A DNA stretch of 32,000 nt from Erysipelotrichaceae bacterium (GCA_030604855.1 JAUVVC010000007.1:30001-62000); one strand, 5' to 3'; positions 1-10,413 are shown, counted from the first letter of the stretch. A program made the numbers and translations. Notes: generated from the letters alone by a model not told the origin.

Positions 1-192
1 GATGGTTCCAGAACTCGGTAATAACAGTGCATTCAAATGTTGAACCAAAGTACTCTTGCCACTTCCGGTGGGACCGATGATGGCGGTGATCTTATTCAAC
101 TCAATCGCGAGATCGATTCTTTTTAGAGCTTCATACTCAAAAGGGGTCTTAGGAGCATAAATGTAATTTACTTGTTCAAAAGCAATTGGCAT
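1..192 (-). CDS. ecfA2: ECF transporter ATPase EcfA2, first 64 codons only (gene runs off the window start)
   Basis: Absent from ORF track (edge). Manual reverse-strand translation from ATG (192-190): MPIAFEQVNYIYAPKTPFEYEALKRIDLAIELNKITAIIGPTGSGKSTLVQHLNALLLPSSGTI. Walker A GPTGSGKST. Overlaps ecfA1 3' end by 25 nt. ecfA1-ecfA2 pairing is typical downstream of rplQ in Firmicutes. Confidence 0.85.
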   Translation of the reverse strand, partial: MPIAFEQVNYIYAPKTPFEYEALKRIDLAIELNKITAIIGPTGSGKSTLVQHLNALLLPSSGTI

Positions 193-995
193 AATTCGTC
201 CACCATCCCTTCCATATCCCATGCTTGTTTGACAGGGATGCCCAACTTCTTAAGCTCATTGGCAAGCCGAACACTGTATGGTGCCGCAAGCTTCAAACGA
301 ATCAACTCTTCTTCATTCTTCATGACTTCACTGGGTGTTCCATCTTTGACGATACGTCCTTCGTACATGACGATGACATGATCGCTCTTTAAAACTTCTT
401 CCACATCGTGGGTGATGGAGAGGATGGTCATGTTGTTTTCTTTATGCAGTTGCTTTACAAGCTTGTTGATGTCTTCCTTACCTTCAGGATCCAGCATCGA
501 GGTGGCTTCATCCAGAATTAGAATATCTGGTTTCATAGAAAGAATACCCGCTATGGCAACACGTTGCTTCTGTCCACCGGATAAGCGTGTTGGTTCATGA
601 TCAAGATATTCCGACATACCCACTTCACGCGCATAATTCTCGATGATCACATCCATCTCACTGGGTTCAACTTGATGATTCTCCAGACCAAATGCGATAT
701 CATCCCGAACCGTGGCTCCGATAAATTGGTTGTCTGGATTTTGAAACACGATACCGATCTTACGACGTATGCCTTCAATCGATTCAAGACTCAATTCTTC
801 ACCATCTATCAAGATGGATCCTTTTTCCTTTTCAAGCAAACCGATGATAAGTTTTGCGATCGTACTTTTTCCACTTCCATTGTGACCAATGAGTGTTGTA
901 TAACTCCCTTTTTTAACGACAAAAGAGACGTCTTTTACGACATCTTGTGTTTGATCGTATGAAAAATTCAAATTCTTAATTTCAATTGGATTCAT
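168..995 (-). CDS. ecfA1: ECF transporter ATP-binding protein EcfA1
   Basis: 275 aa. Walker A GHNGSGKST, ABC signature LSGGQKQR, Walker B ILILDEATSMLD, H-loop ITHD. ATG at 995 preceded by GAAGGA. Confidence 0.9.
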   Translation of the reverse strand: MNPIEIKNLNFSYDQTQDVVKDVSFVVKKGSYTTLIGHNGSGKSTIAKLIIGLLEKEKGSILIDGEELSLESIEGIRRKIGIVFQNPDNQFIGATVRDDIAFGLENHQVEPSEMDVIIENYAREVGMSEYLDHEPTRLSGGQKQRVAIAGILSMKPDILILDEATSMLDPEGKEDINKLVKQLHKENNMTILSITHDVEEVLKSDHVIVMYEGRIVKDGTPSEVMKNEEELIRLKLAAPYSVRLANELKKLGIPVKQAWDMEGMVDELCQLLLNK

Positions 996-1005
996 AGTTC
1001 CTTCT

Positions 1006-1464
1006 TTAATTGCTCTTCACAAAATGATAATCTTGATAAATCCCATGTGCATTCGCTGCAAGTTGTGCAACACTCAAAACGGCATCAAACGCACTTTGAA
1101 CGTCTGCGTTGATCTGTTCTTTGAATACACAGTGAACCGCATCGGATTGTTCTTGCAATGTATACTGAGATCCGAGTTTCGTCTTGAAGATATCGCAGTT
1201 GACTTCATCTACAAAACTGATGGTATGTGTACATTCCAAGGTCGTTGCCTCTGGAAAAGCCTCCAATAAGACTTTCGTTTGGACACGATAGTTTTGAACG
1301 ATCGCAGGATCAAGTGTGATGTCTTCTTTAAGTTGTGCAAGCTCAGGATTTTTCTGATCGATATCCAGCTTTGATGGAAGATTCTTCTGTATATTTTTTT
1401 TAACCAGTTGTGCAACACCATAAGCAGCCGCACCAAGTGCGAATAGTTTGAGTAATGTTTTCAT
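1006..1464 (-). CDS. Hypothetical protein with N-terminal membrane anchor or signal sequence
   Basis: 152 aa. N-terminus MKTLLKLFALGAAAYGVAQLV is hydrophobic; the rest is soluble. Its ATG overlaps the upstream methyltransferase stop (ATGA at 1464-1461), suggesting translational coupling. No family recognised with certainty. Confidence 0.6.
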   Translation of the reverse strand: MKTLLKLFALGAAAYGVAQLVKKNIQKNLPSKLDIDQKNPELAQLKEDITLDPAIVQNYRVQTKVLLEAFPEATTLECTHTISFVDEVNCDIFKTKLGSQYTLQEQSDAVHCVFKEQINADVQSAFDAVLSVAQLAANAHGIYQDYHFVKSN

Positions 1465-2090
1465 CGGGATTCTCCTTTGGTTATCATATCACAATCTATG
1501 CTTTCTGGGTATTTACGCCATATCAGCAAGACTCCATCCCCGACATCGTACTTATGCGTGATGTAATTTGGATTCCCTTCAAGCACTTTTTGAAAATGCG
1601 CGATTTTTTCAACCATGTGACGTAAATTCTTACGTAAGACAAGTTCTGAGCGATTCGCGACATGACCATGAAAATCGATGTTGTCCACCAAAATCGTTCC
1701 CTTGGCAGATAGATTGTCAATAAAGAGATTGAAATAATTGAGTTGTTGAGCTTTGGGTCCATCCAAAAAGATCAAATCAAACTTTTTGTCGGTTTGATAA
1801 TCCTTAGCATCCATCCATATGCATTCAATTTGATGATCAAGATTAAAGCTTTTAACGTTCATCAATGCTTCAACATAGCGTGCATGACTGAACTCAATTG
1901 TAGTGATCTTGATCTTGGAATCCAACAACGCCATTGCAATACTCCAATAGCCCACTGCTGTACCAATTTCTAGAATATTAACGACATTATGGGAACGTAT
2001 GAAGTCTTGGCAAAACAAAATACCCGCATCTTCCATGATGGGGACATTGTTCATGATCGCTTTATACTTGATTGCATTCAAACGTTCCAT
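1461..2090 (-). CDS. Class I SAM-dependent O-methyltransferase, YrrM/TrmR-like
   Basis: SAM-binding motif ILEIGTAVGYWSIAMA, then DLIFLDGPK; N-terminal NVPIMEDAG resembles B. subtilis YrrM HVPIMEKAG. The track ORF (to 2165) starts at GTG inside rplQ and reads through the rplQ terminator hairpin. Trimmed to ATG at 2090 (MERLNAIKYKA...). Start is uncertain because no SD is visible. Confidence 0.75.
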   Translation of the reverse strand: MERLNAIKYKAIMNNVPIMEDAGILFCQDFIRSHNVVNILEIGTAVGYWSIAMALLDSKIKITTIEFSHARYVEALMNVKSFNLDHQIECIWMDAKDYQTDKKFDLIFLDGPKAQQLNYFNLFIDNLSAKGTILVDNIDFHGHVANRSELVLRKNLRHMVEKIAHFQKVLEGNPNYITHKYDVGDGVLLIWRKYPESIDCDMITKGESR

Positions 2091-2118
2091 AAATAAGAAA
2101 GGGGAGCAGACGCTCCCC
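2091..2118 (-). terminator. Rho-independent terminator after rplQ
   Basis: Minus strand reads GGGGAGC-GTCT-GCTCCCC then TTTCTTATTT. 7-bp GC-rich stem starting 6 nt after the rplQ stop. Confidence 0.8.
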
Positions 2119-2124
2119 AATGTT

Positions 2125-2487
2125 TTAGACCAACTCGATGGTTGCCATCGGGGCTGCATCCCCACGACGTACGCTTGTCTTCAAGACGCGAGTATAGCCA
2201 CCTTTTCGGTCAGCATACTTCGGTGCGATTTCATCAAATAATTTCTGCAATGCAGTTTGGCCTGTCTTCTTATCCGCAATGACATCGCGAACAAAAGCAG
2301 CTGCTTGACGACGTGCATGCAAGTCGCCCTTTTTAGCAATGGTGATCAACTCATCCACAACGGAACGAAGATCCATTGCCTTCATTTCTGTTGTTTCGAT
2401 TTTACCACTGACAATCAAACTGGTTGCTAAGTTGCGTAACATCGCTTTGCGGTGATCGGCAGTCCGTCCAAATTTACGATTTTCCAT
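2125..2487 (-). CDS. rplQ: 50S ribosomal protein L17
   Basis: 120 aa. [25 protein letters not shown] is the canonical L17 N-terminus. Follows rpoA. Confidence 0.95.
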   Translation of the reverse strand: MENRKFGRTADHRKAMLRNLATSLIVSGKIETTEMKAMDLRSVVDELITIAKKGDLHARRQAAAFVRDVIADKKTGQTALQKLFDEIAPKYADRKGGYTRVLKTSVRRGDAAPMATIELV

Positions 2488-2502
2488 AGTTTATCTCATT
2501 CC

Positions 2503-3462
2503 TTAATCATAGACCTTGAAGCCGAGGCCCATGTCGATCAATTTTTCTTTAACTTCTTTTAATGATTTCTTACCTAAGTTACGAACACGCATCATTTCTT
2601 CTTCACTGCGTTGTGTGAGTTCGTCAACCGTTTGGATACCAGCACGCTTCAAACAGTTGTAGGAGCGTACGGATAAGTCTAGATCTTCAATCATCATGAC
2701 CATACCTTTATTGGTACTTTCATTCGTAGATTCTTTGATTACGGAATCCATGGATGAAACTTGATCATTGATATCACTGAACAAATCCAAGTGATCGGTC
2801 AAGATACGAGCCGCCAATGCCAAGGATGCTTGAGGTGTGATTGAACCATTGGTCCAAACTTCCAAAATCAACTTGTCATAACGAGCATCTTGCCCGACAC
2901 GTGTCGGTTCCACATTGTAGCTGACACGTTTGATTGGTGTATAAATGGAGTCGGTATAAATCGTACCAATCCCTTGTGCGCCCCCTTGGTGAAGCGACTT
3001 GTTTTGGTCAGCAGAGACATAGCCACGGCCATTCTTTGCCTTCATTTCCATTTCAAGTACTGCGCCTTCTTCCAAAGTCGCAAGAACGTGATCCTTATTC
3101 AAGATTTCTACGTTTGCTGGGCATTCGATGTCACCTGCGGTCACAACCTTGCTTCCCTTTGCATTGATGCGAAGAGTATAGGTGTCATCATCACTGATGC
3201 TTAGAATCAAGTCCTTTAAATTTAGAATAATATTAGTGACATCTTCCACGACACCAGGAATTGAGGTGAATTCGTGATATACGCCTTCAATTTTAACAGA
3301 ATAAACCGCTGCTCCCGGTAGCGAGGAGAGTAACACTCTTCTTAATGCGTTGCCAATCGTTGTCCCAAAACCACGTTCCAAAGGTTGTACTTCGAATTTT
3401 CCGTAGCTTTGTGACTCTACATATTCCTGTATTTCAAATTGTGCACGTTCAAATTTTTGCAT
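2503..3462 (-). CDS. rpoA: DNA-directed RNA polymerase subunit alpha
   Basis: 319 aa. GFGTTIGNALRRVLLSSLPG in the N-terminal domain; C-terminal domain LDLSVRSYNCLKRAGIQTV..L..RNLGKKSL. GGAGG SD. Confidence 0.95.
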   Translation of the reverse strand: MQKFERAQFEIQEYVESQSYGKFEVQPLERGFGTTIGNALRRVLLSSLPGAAVYSVKIEGVYHEFTSIPGVVEDVTNIILNLKDLILSISDDDTYTLRINAKGSKVVTAGDIECPANVEILNKDHVLATLEEGAVLEMEMKAKNGRGYVSADQNKSLHQGGAQGIGTIYTDSIYTPIKRVSYNVEPTRVGQDARYDKLILEVWTNGSITPQASLALAARILTDHLDLFSDINDQVSSMDSVIKESTNESTNKGMVMMIEDLDLSVRSYNCLKRAGIQTVDELTQRSEEEMMRVRNLGKKSLKEVKEKLIDMGLGFKVYD

Positions 3463-3485
3463 TTCAGCCCCTCCTCAATGTAAGA

Positions 3486-3875
3486 CTAACCACGTGGTCG
3501 TTTTGGTGGACGACAGCCGTTATGTGGAATAGGCGTTACATCATTGATGACTGTAATGTTCATGCCTGCTACTTGCAAGCTACGAACAGCAGATTCACGG
3601 CCTGGTCCAACTCCTTTAACCAATACTTCAACGGTACGCATTCCATGATCAATCGCTGCTTTAGCGGCTGCTTCAGATGCTTGAGAAGCGGCATAAGGCG
3701 TTGACTTACGTGAACCTTTATAACCCAATGCACCAGCACTGGACCAAGAGATTACGTTACCTTGTTCATCGGTGATCGTTACGATGGTGTTATTGAAGGT
3801 TGAATGAATGTGCGCGACACCGCGAGCAATATTCTTACGTACTTTACGTTTACGTGTTGCTTGTTTTGTTGCCAT
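3486..3875 (-). CDS. rpsK: 30S ribosomal protein S11
   Basis: 129 aa. [38 protein letters not shown]...[12 protein letters not shown]. Confidence 0.95.
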   Translation of the reverse strand: MATKQATRKRKVRKNIARGVAHIHSTFNNTIVTITDEQGNVISWSSAGALGYKGSRKSTPYAASQASEAAAKAAIDHGMRTVEVLVKGVGPGRESAVRSLQVAGMNITVINDVTPIPHNGCRPPKRPRG

Positions 3876-3888
3876 GTTTCAAGTCCTC

Positions 3889-4254
3889 CTATTTCTTCTT
3901 GTTCGCTACAGTACGACGTGGTCCTTTACGCGTACGAGCATTCGTACGTGTTCTTTGTCCACGAACTGGCAAACCTTTACGATGACGTAAACCACGGTAT
4001 GAACCGATTTCCATCAAACGTTTGATGTTCAAGTTGATTTCACGACGTAAATCCCCTTCAACTTTAATATTATCTACTTCCTTACGAATCGCGTTGACTT
4101 GATCATCACTTAAGTCTTTTACGCGGATGTCCTCAGAAATTTGTGTAGCTTCCAAAATCTTCTCAGCCAAAGGACGGCCGATTCCATATACATATGTCAA
4201 TGATACAACCACACGTTTATCGCGTGGAATATCAATCCCTGCTATACGAGCCAT
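3889..4254 (-). CDS. rpsM: 30S ribosomal protein S13
   Basis: Track ORF trimmed to [15 protein letters not shown] (ATG at 4254), preceded by GGAGG 11 nt upstream. 121 aa. Confidence 0.93.
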   Translation of the reverse strand: MARIAGIDIPRDKRVVVSLTYVYGIGRPLAEKILEATQISEDIRVKDLSDDQVNAIRKEVDNIKVEGDLRREINLNIKRLMEIGSYRGLRHRKGLPVRGQRTRTNARTRKGPRRTVANKKK

Positions 4255-4272
4255 GTTTCTATGTTCCTCCAA

Positions 4273-4386
4273 TTATCCTTGACGTTGTTTGTGCTTAGGA
4301 TTCTCACAAATAACCATTACGCGACCATTTCGTTTGATGATCCGGCATTTGTCGCATATGGGTTTGACTGATGGTCTAACTTTCAT
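4273..4386 (-). CDS. rpmJ: 50S ribosomal protein L36 (zinc-ribbon type)
   Basis: Below the ORF-track size cutoff. Manual translation: [44 protein letters not shown] upstream. Lies between infA and rpsM as expected. Confidence 0.93.
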   Translation of the reverse strand: MKVRPSVKPICDKCRIIKRNGRVMVICENPKHKQRQG

Positions 4387-4404
4387 ACTTGTCACTCCTT
4401 GACA

Positions 4405-4623
4405 CTACTTGTGTCTAAATGTAATTCTCCCACGTGTTAAATCATACGGTGAGATTTCAACGGTTACGCGGTCACCTGGTAAAATGCGAATGTAGTGCAT
4501 GCGGATTTTACCAGAAACGTGGGCTTTAAGCATATGCCCGTTGGTCAATTTCACGTCGAAGGTCGCATTCGGTAGAACTTTCTCTACCACGCCTTCAATT
4601 TCAATAACGTCTTGTTTACCCAT
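4405..4623 (-). CDS. infA: Translation initiation factor IF-1
   Basis: 72 aa. [22 protein letters not shown]...[25 protein letters not shown]. Confidence 0.95.
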   Translation of the reverse strand: MGKQDVIEIEGVVEKVLPNATFDVKLTNGHMLKAHVSGKIRMHYIRILPGDRVTVEISPYDLTRGRITFRHK

Positions 4624-5389
4624 TCAGTAAAGTTTCCTCCTTTGAGATGGTGGTTAAGATTTCGTAACCTTCCTCCGTAACAAGTACGGTGTGCTCATAA
4701 TGAGCCGCTAAGGATCCATCTTTGGTTACGACTGTCCAATCATCTTCCAATACTTTGGTAAAAGGTTTACCACGATGAACCATCGGTTCAATCGCCAGCG
4801 TCATCCCAGCTTTGAGAATCGGCCCTTTACCTTTTGGTCCATAATTGGGAATGGCTGGATCTTCATGTAGATTTGCGCCTATTCCATGTCCGGTGTATTC
4901 ATAGGGCACCGAATATCCATAAGAATAGACGTACTCTCCAATCGTGTTGGAGATATCCGACAAATGTACACCTGCCTTAACCATTTTTAAGCCTTCATAG
5001 AGACTCTGCTTGGTGACATCCATCAGGTGCTTCGCTTCTTCGCTTACTTCCCCGACGGCGTACGTCCATGCACTGTCGCCATGATAGCCCTTATAACAAG
5101 CGCCGATATCTACGGATATGATGTCGCCTTCTTTCAAAGCATACTTGGATGGAAACCCATGGACCAATACTTCGTTGACCGAAGCACAAATCGCGGCGGG
5201 GAAGCCATTGTATCCCTTAAATGAAGGTGTTGCCTGATGATCACGAATCACTTTCTCGACAATGCGATCCAGCTCTCCGGTGGTGACACCAGGTTTGATT
5301 GCCTCAGCCACCGCTTGGTGAGCCAATGCAACAATTTCTCCTGCTTTACGCATGAGATCGATTTCACGCTTCGATTTGCTTGTGATCAT
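4616..5389 (-). CDS. map: Type I methionine aminopeptidase
   Basis: 257 aa with the pattern of metal-ligand motifs ([35 protein letters not shown]). 1-nt TAATG overlap with adk. Confidence 0.93.
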   Translation of the reverse strand: MITSKSKREIDLMRKAGEIVALAHQAVAEAIKPGVTTGELDRIVEKVIRDHQATPSFKGYNGFPAAICASVNEVLVHGFPSKYALKEGDIISVDIGACYKGYHGDSAWTYAVGEVSEEAKHLMDVTKQSLYEGLKMVKAGVHLSDISNTIGEYVYSYGYSVPYEYTGHGIGANLHEDPAIPNYGPKGKGPILKAGMTLAIEPMVHRGKPFTKVLEDDWTVVTKDGSLAAHYEHTVLVTEEGYEILTTISKEETLLNG

Positions 5390-6036
5390 TACAACTGCCC
5401 CAACACCTTATCAATGTCATGAAATACATCATCGATCGGTCGCGAAGCGTTGATATCGAACACCAAGCCCTTCTTAGAATAGAAATCCAATACAGGTTGC
5501 GTCATGGTCACATGTTCCTTCAAGCGGACTGCGAGTTGTTGAACGGTATCATCTGAACGATGAACCAATTCACCACCACATACATCACACACACCCGAAA
5601 CTTTCGGAGGTTGTGCTTTGATGTGGAAGATCGAGCCACACTTTTCACAAACACGGCGTCCCGTGACACGTTCAGCCAAATCATCCAACTGTACTTTGAG
5701 GTTGATAACCGCTTGTACAGGTCGATCGATTTGAGCCGCTATATCCTCAAACGCTTCTGCTTGAACCAATGTTCTTGGATAACCATCTAAAAGGTAACCC
5801 TTTAAGCAATCTGGTTCAAGCAAGCGTTCTTGAATCATTCTGATCGTCACATCATCTGGTACTAAACGACCTTCATCGATATACTTACGCGCTTCCAATC
5901 CTAAAGGTGTATTTCCATACATATGCGCTCGAAACATATTCCCAGTGGAAATATGCGGGATCGAGTACTTTTGAACAATCAAATGTGCCATCGTTCCTTT
6001 GCCGCTACCGGCCGCGCCCATAATCAGTATGTTCAT
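5389..6036 (-). CDS. adk: Adenylate kinase with zinc-binding lid
   Basis: 215 aa. P-loop GAAGSGKGT. Lid CEKCGSIFH...CDVCGGEL (Cys4). Confidence 0.95.
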   Translation of the reverse strand: MNILIMGAAGSGKGTMAHLIVQKYSIPHISTGNMFRAHMYGNTPLGLEARKYIDEGRLVPDDVTIRMIQERLLEPDCLKGYLLDGYPRTLVQAEAFEDIAAQIDRPVQAVINLKVQLDDLAERVTGRRVCEKCGSIFHIKAQPPKVSGVCDVCGGELVHRSDDTVQQLAVRLKEHVTMTQPVLDFYSKKGLVFDINASRPIDDVFHDIDKVLGQL

Positions 6037-6045
6037 ACATGCCTC

Positions 6046-7335
6046 CTAATTGATGAAACCTCGGTATACCTTTTGTGTCATCTGTCCTTCCAAATCTTTC
6101 ATTGTTTCCAATGCGACCCCTACGACGATGATGATCCCTGTTCCACCCACCGAAATGGTATTTGGAAGATCCGTGATCATCGGAAGTACATAAGGCAACA
6201 CGGCAATGAAGGTTAAGAAGAGCGCACCTAATACTGTAATACGATTCAATACTTTGGATAGATATTCCTTCGTCTCCGATCCCGGACGAATACCAGGAAT
6301 GTATGTCCCTTGTTTACCCAAGTTCTCCGCAATCTTATCAGGATCAACCTGCAAGTTTGTGTAGAAGAAAGTAAATACGACAATCAAGATGGCATAGATC
6401 GACAAGCCGAGTGGCTTTTGGAAATTGAACACATCATTGAAGAAGGTATACAGACCTTGCGTCTGAGAAAAGAAACTAAATGCGGTTGCAGGTGCCGTCA
6501 TGACTGCCGAAGCAAAGATGACTGGGATGACACTTGCAGAGTTGATCTTCAAAGGTAGGTACGTCACATCGTTCTTACCCTTACGCAGATTGCTCGACGT
6601 GTATTGGATCGGAATCTTCCGTTCAGCCTTCTGCATGAAGATGACCAAGATGATGATCGCCAGATACATGAAGGTAAACAATAAGAAATTGATCACACCA
6701 CTGAAGAGGGCTGCATTGCTACTTGTATCCACCATGGTGTTGAACAAGTTCGCAAATGTGAAGGGAATTCGTGAAACGATCCCAGCAAAAATGATGATCG
6801 AGATACCGTTACCGATACCGAAACTCGAAATACGGTCTCCAATCCACAATAAGAACATCGTACCCGCTGTTAGAACAACAGAGACGTAAATGAAATTGGA
6901 AACACTTGGATCTTGAAGCAATCCATAATTCACATCAAAGGCATAGGTCAGTGTGAACGCTTGGAACAAGGCCAAGAACACAGCCGCATAACGGGTGATC
7001 TTGTCAAGTTGACGTTTACCTTGTTGACCTGACTTCGCCATTTCGGTAAGTGCAGGCACAACATCCATTGCTAAGAGTTGAATGATGATGCTAGCTGTGA
7101 TGTAAGGACCGACCCCCATTGCGAAGATCGAGAAGTTTTGCAACGCTCCACCACCCAACAGGTTCATGATCCCTAGTACGGAGTTATCCGCAACACCCGC
7201 CAACAATGCGTCTGTATCGACCAAAGGCACAGGAATCCCTGCACCCAGTCTGAATACAAACAACATTGCCAACGTGAAGAAAATCTTCTTTCGAATATCT
7301 TTTTGCTTGAACAGATTGACGAATGTCTTGATCAT
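6046..7335 (-). CDS. secY: Preprotein translocase subunit SecY
   Basis: Multi-TM protein between rplO and adk. Start moved to MIKTFVNLFKQKDIRKKI (ATG 7335), which has a GAGGT SD 9 nt upstream and does not overlap rplO. The track start at 7371 would overlap rplO by 35 nt. Confidence 0.9.
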   Translation of the reverse strand: MIKTFVNLFKQKDIRKKIFFTLAMLFVFRLGAGIPVPLVDTDALLAGVADNSVLGIMNLLGGGALQNFSIFAMGVGPYITASIIIQLLAMDVVPALTEMAKSGQQGKRQLDKITRYAAVFLALFQAFTLTYAFDVNYGLLQDPSVSNFIYVSVVLTAGTMFLLWIGDRISSFGIGNGISIIIFAGIVSRIPFTFANLFNTMVDTSSNAALFSGVINFLLFTFMYLAIIILVIFMQKAERKIPIQYTSSNLRKGKNDVTYLPLKINSASVIPVIFASAVMTAPATAFSFFSQTQGLYTFFNDVFNFQKPLGLSIYAILIVVFTFFYTNLQVDPDKIAENLGKQGTYIPGIRPGSETKEYLSKVLNRITVLGALFLTFIAVLPYVLPMITDLPNTISVGGTGIIIVVGVALETMKDLEGQMTQKVYRGFIN

Positions 7336-7336
7336 G

Positions 7337-7777
7337 CTAGATGACCTCAGCTTTTCCGCCTGCTTGTTCAATCAACGCGACAGCTGACTTAGAAAATTTG
7401 TTTGCTTTAACAGTCAACTTCTTTTCTAAAGTCCCAACGCCTAAAATTTTGATTCCGTCCAATTCTTTCTTAACCAAACCAGCTTCAAACAACAAAGTAG
7501 GTGTGACTTCAACGCCATCTTCGAAACGGTTCAACGCTTCGACATTGACGATTGCATATTCAACGCGTGTGAAATTGGTGAAACCACGTTTTGGGATACG
7601 ACGGAAGATCGGTGTTTGACCACCTTCGAACCCTAACGAAACACCACCACCTGAACGTGCTAATTGGCCTTTATGACCTTTACCAGCTGTCTTACCTTGA
7701 CCAGAACCCTGACCACGGCCTAAACGCTTGCTATCTTTACGAGCACCTTCGTTATACTTTAATTCATGTAACTTCAT
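7337..7777 (-). CDS. rplO: 50S ribosomal protein L15
   Basis: 146 aa. [38 protein letters not shown]. Confidence 0.95.
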   Translation of the reverse strand: MKLHELKYNEGARKDSKRLGRGQGSGQGKTAGKGHKGQLARSGGGVSLGFEGGQTPIFRRIPKRGFTNFTRVEYAIVNVEALNRFEDGVEVTPTLLFEAGLVKKELDGIKILGVGTLEKKLTVKANKFSKSAVALIEQAGGKAEVI

Positions 7778-7788
7778 AATGGCCTCCT

Positions 7789-8301
7789 TTAAGCACGCAC
7801 TTCTTCGCGAGTCAATCCACGAAGTTTAGCGACGTCTTCAACAGTCTTCAAGCTCTTAAGGGCTGCAACAGTTGCACGAACCATATTGATTGGCGTACGT
7901 GAACCCAAACACTTGGTAAGGATATCATTGACACCAGCCAACTCAAGAACGGCACGAATCGGTCCACCTGCGATGACCCCGGTACCTTCTGTAGCAGGGC
8001 GAATCAAAACGGATCCTGCTCCGAAATTACCAGTCGCTGTGTGCGGAATCGTTGTTCCTACGATAGGAATTGTAATCAAATTCTTTTTTGCATCTTCGAT
8101 TGCTTTCTTGATTGCATCAGGAACTTCATTCGCCTTGCCGGTACCAAAACCAACACGACCCTTCTTGTCTCCGATAACGACCAATGCAGCAAAACGGAAG
8201 CGGCGTCCACCCTTAACAACCTTGGTTACACGGTTGATCGTGACTACGCGTTCTTCGAACTCTTTAGGCTCTCTTGTATATCTTCTTGGTTTACGTTCCA
8301 T
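7789..8301 (-). CDS. rpsE: 30S ribosomal protein S5
   Basis: 170 aa. [39 protein letters not shown]. Confidence 0.95.
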   Translation of the reverse strand: MERKPRRYTREPKEFEERVVTINRVTKVVKGGRRFRFAALVVIGDKKGRVGFGTGKANEVPDAIKKAIEDAKKNLITIPIVGTTIPHTATGNFGAGSVLIRPATEGTGVIAGGPIRAVLELAGVNDILTKCLGSRTPINMVRATVAALKSLKTVEDVAKLRGLTREEVRA

Positions 8302-8310
8302 GGCGACCTC

Positions 8311-8667
8311 CTAGAATTCAAGTCCAGCTGTTCTTGCGGCATCCGCAAGCGCTTTGACTCTTCCGTGATAGAGGTATCCACCACGGTCAAACACTACATT
8401 CTTAATATTAGCTTTGATTGCACGATTCGCAAGCTCAGTACCAACAGCCTGGGCAGCGGCAATATTACCGCCGTTTTCCAACTTCAATTCTACACTATTT
8501 GCAGAAACGAGTGTAACACCTTTTACATCATCAATCAATTGACAATGAATGTGGGCATTCGAACGGAAAACGTTTAAACGTGGGCGATCAGCAGTCCCAG
8601 CGACTTTATTCCGTACACGAGCATGTCTACGTTGTCTTTCAAAATTCTTTGATATTTTCTTAAGCAT
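8311..8667 (-). CDS. rplR: 50S ribosomal protein L18
   Basis: 118 aa. [28 protein letters not shown]...[23 protein letters not shown]. Confidence 0.95.
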   Translation of the reverse strand: MLKKISKNFERQRRHARVRNKVAGTADRPRLNVFRSNAHIHCQLIDDVKGVTLVSANSVELKLENGGNIAAAQAVGTELANRAIKANIKNVVFDRGGYLYHGRVKALADAARTAGLEF

Positions 8668-8688
8668 GAACTGTTTTCTCCTTTCCCA

Positions 8689-9234
8689 CTATTTCTTACC
8701 CGCTGTCTTACCTTCTTTGCGGCGGACAACTTCGCCTTTATAGCGAATACCTTTGCCTTTATATGGCTCTGGCTTACGAACGGCACGAATGTTTGCAGCC
8801 CACTCACCGACACGTTGCTTATCAATACCTGATACAACGATCTCAGTAGGTGTCTTGCATTCAATTGTTAGACCCTGTTCGATTTCAAATACAACTGGGT
8901 GCGAGTAACCAATGTTAATGGTCAACTTGCTTCCAGCAACGTTGGCACGGTAACCGATACCAACCAATTCCAATGCACGGGTGTAGCCGTTACTTACGCC
9001 TTCAATCATATTGAAGAGCAAAGCACGGGTCGTCCCATGAAGTTGTTTCGTGTGCTTCTGTTCGTTAGGACGAGAAACAGTCAGAATGCCTTCATTGATT
9101 TCAATCCCTAATCCTGGATTGAATTGACGTGATAAAGTTCCTTTAGGACCTTTGACCGTCACCTCATTCCCTGGGTTGATCGTTACTTCAACACCAGCTG
9201 GAACGGTAATCGCTTTATTTCCGATACGTGACAT
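8689..9234 (-). CDS. rplF: 50S ribosomal protein L6
   Basis: 181 aa. [19 protein letters not shown]...VGIGYRA...GYSHPV...[11 protein letters not shown]. Confidence 0.95.
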   Translation of the reverse strand: MSRIGNKAITVPAGVEVTINPGNEVTVKGPKGTLSRQFNPGLGIEINEGILTVSRPNEQKHTKQLHGTTRALLFNMIEGVSNGYTRALELVGIGYRANVAGSKLTINIGYSHPVVFEIEQGLTIECKTPTEIVVSGIDKQRVGEWAANIRAVRKPEPYKGKGIRYKGEVVRRKEGKTAGKK

Positions 9235-9249
9235 GGTTTATCCTTTCTT

Positions 9250-9648
9250 CTACCAAACGTAGGCGACAACTTCGCCACCCACACGTTGTGCGCGCGCTTG
9301 TTTGTCGGTAATCAATCCGTGAGAAGTTGAAAGAATTGCTACACCTAAGCCATTAAGGACTCTAGGGATACGCTCAACATCAACATAGACACGTAAGCCT
9401 GGTTTTGAAATACGTTTCAAACCAGATAATACTTTTTCTTTGTTAGGACCGTACTTCAAAGAAATGGTAATGACCTTTTGTAGATCACCCGATACGATGT
9501 ATCCGTTAATGAAACCTTCTTCTTTTAAAATACGAGCAATTTCTACTTTTTCCTTGCTGGATGGAACTTCCACCGCATCGTGACGCGCTTGTACGGCGTT
9601 ACGAATTCTAGTAAGCATATCCGCAATTGGATCTGTCATATTCATCAT
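9250..9648 (-). CDS. rpsH: 30S ribosomal protein S8
   Basis: 132 aa. [14 protein letters not shown]...ILSTS.G..TDKQAR...VGGEV.AYVW. Confidence 0.95.
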   Translation of the reverse strand: MMNMTDPIADMLTRIRNAVQARHDAVEVPSSKEKVEIARILKEEGFINGYIVSGDLQKVITISLKYGPNKEKVLSGLKRISKPGLRVYVDVERIPRVLNGLGVAILSTSHGLITDKQARAQRVGGEVVAYVW

Positions 9649-9663
9649 GGGTGTTCTCCTTTC

Positions 9664-9849
9664 TTACCAGCTTGCCTTTTTGACTCCAGGAATTTGGCCT
9701 AAGTAAGCCAACTCTCTGAAACAAATACGGCAGAGTTTGTATTTAGACAATACGGAATGTGGACGTCCACAACGTTCGCAACGAGTATATTCACGCACTT
9801 TGAACTTTTGAGGACGATTTGCTTTAACGATTAATGATGTTTTTGCCAT
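9664..9849 (-). CDS. rpsN: 30S ribosomal protein S14, short zinc-binding (type Z) form
   Basis: 61 aa. [20 protein letters not shown] (CxxC...CxxC). Confidence 0.95.
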   Translation of the reverse strand: MAKTSLIVKANRPQKFKVREYTRCERCGRPHSVLSKYKLCRICFRELAYLGQIPGVKKASW

Positions 9850-9861
9850 GATTCTGTCCTC

Positions 9862-10404
9862 CTATTTCTTTTCAAATGGCATGCCCAAGCCCTTAAGCAA
9901 GGCACGTCCTTCCGCATTGGTTAATGCAGATGTGACAATGACGATATCCATACCGCGAACACGGTTGACTTTATCAAAGTTGATTTCTGGGAAAATCAGT
10001 TGTTCCTTTACACCCAAAGTGTAGTTCCCACGACCATCAAAGGCATTGCCATTGACACCGCGGAAGTCACGTACACGTGGAAGTGCGACATTCATCAACT
10101 TATCCAAGAATTCATACATTTTGTTACCACGTAGGGTAACCTTACAGCCGATCTCCATGCCTTCACGTAATTTGAAGTTCGCAATGGAAGTCTTAGCCTT
10201 TGTAATCACTGGCTTTTGACCTGCCAATTGAGTCAATTCCGCAACCGCTTCATCCAATGCTTTGGAGTTAGCGATCGCATCACCGATACCCATATTGATG
10301 ACTACTTTCAAAACCTTAGGAGCCTGCATGACTGAGGAATATTCGAATTCCTTCATCAAAGCAGGAACCACTACTTGTGCATACTTTTCTTGTAAACGAT
10401 TCAT
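9862..10404 (-). CDS. rplE: 50S ribosomal protein L5
   Basis: 180 aa. MNRLQEKY...MQAPKV.KVVINMG.GDA...FRGV...[18 protein letters not shown]. Confidence 0.95.
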   Translation of the reverse strand: MNRLQEKYAQVVVPALMKEFEYSSVMQAPKVLKVVINMGIGDAIANSKALDEAVAELTQLAGQKPVITKAKTSIANFKLREGMEIGCKVTLRGNKMYEFLDKLMNVALPRVRDFRGVNGNAFDGRGNYTLGVKEQLIFPEINFDKVNRVRGMDIVIVTSALTNAEGRALLKGLGMPFEKK

Positions 10405-10413
10405 GGTGCCCTC

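Noticed and set aside
8574-8864. 96-aa minus-strand ORF overlapping the rplF 3' end and rplR 5' end. Similar out-of-frame same-strand ORFs occur at 10770-10997, 13123-13347, 19554-19859, 29833-30189 and 30328-30543.
   Set aside because: These are alternative frames of well-supported conserved genes, with no independent start signals or recognisable domains.
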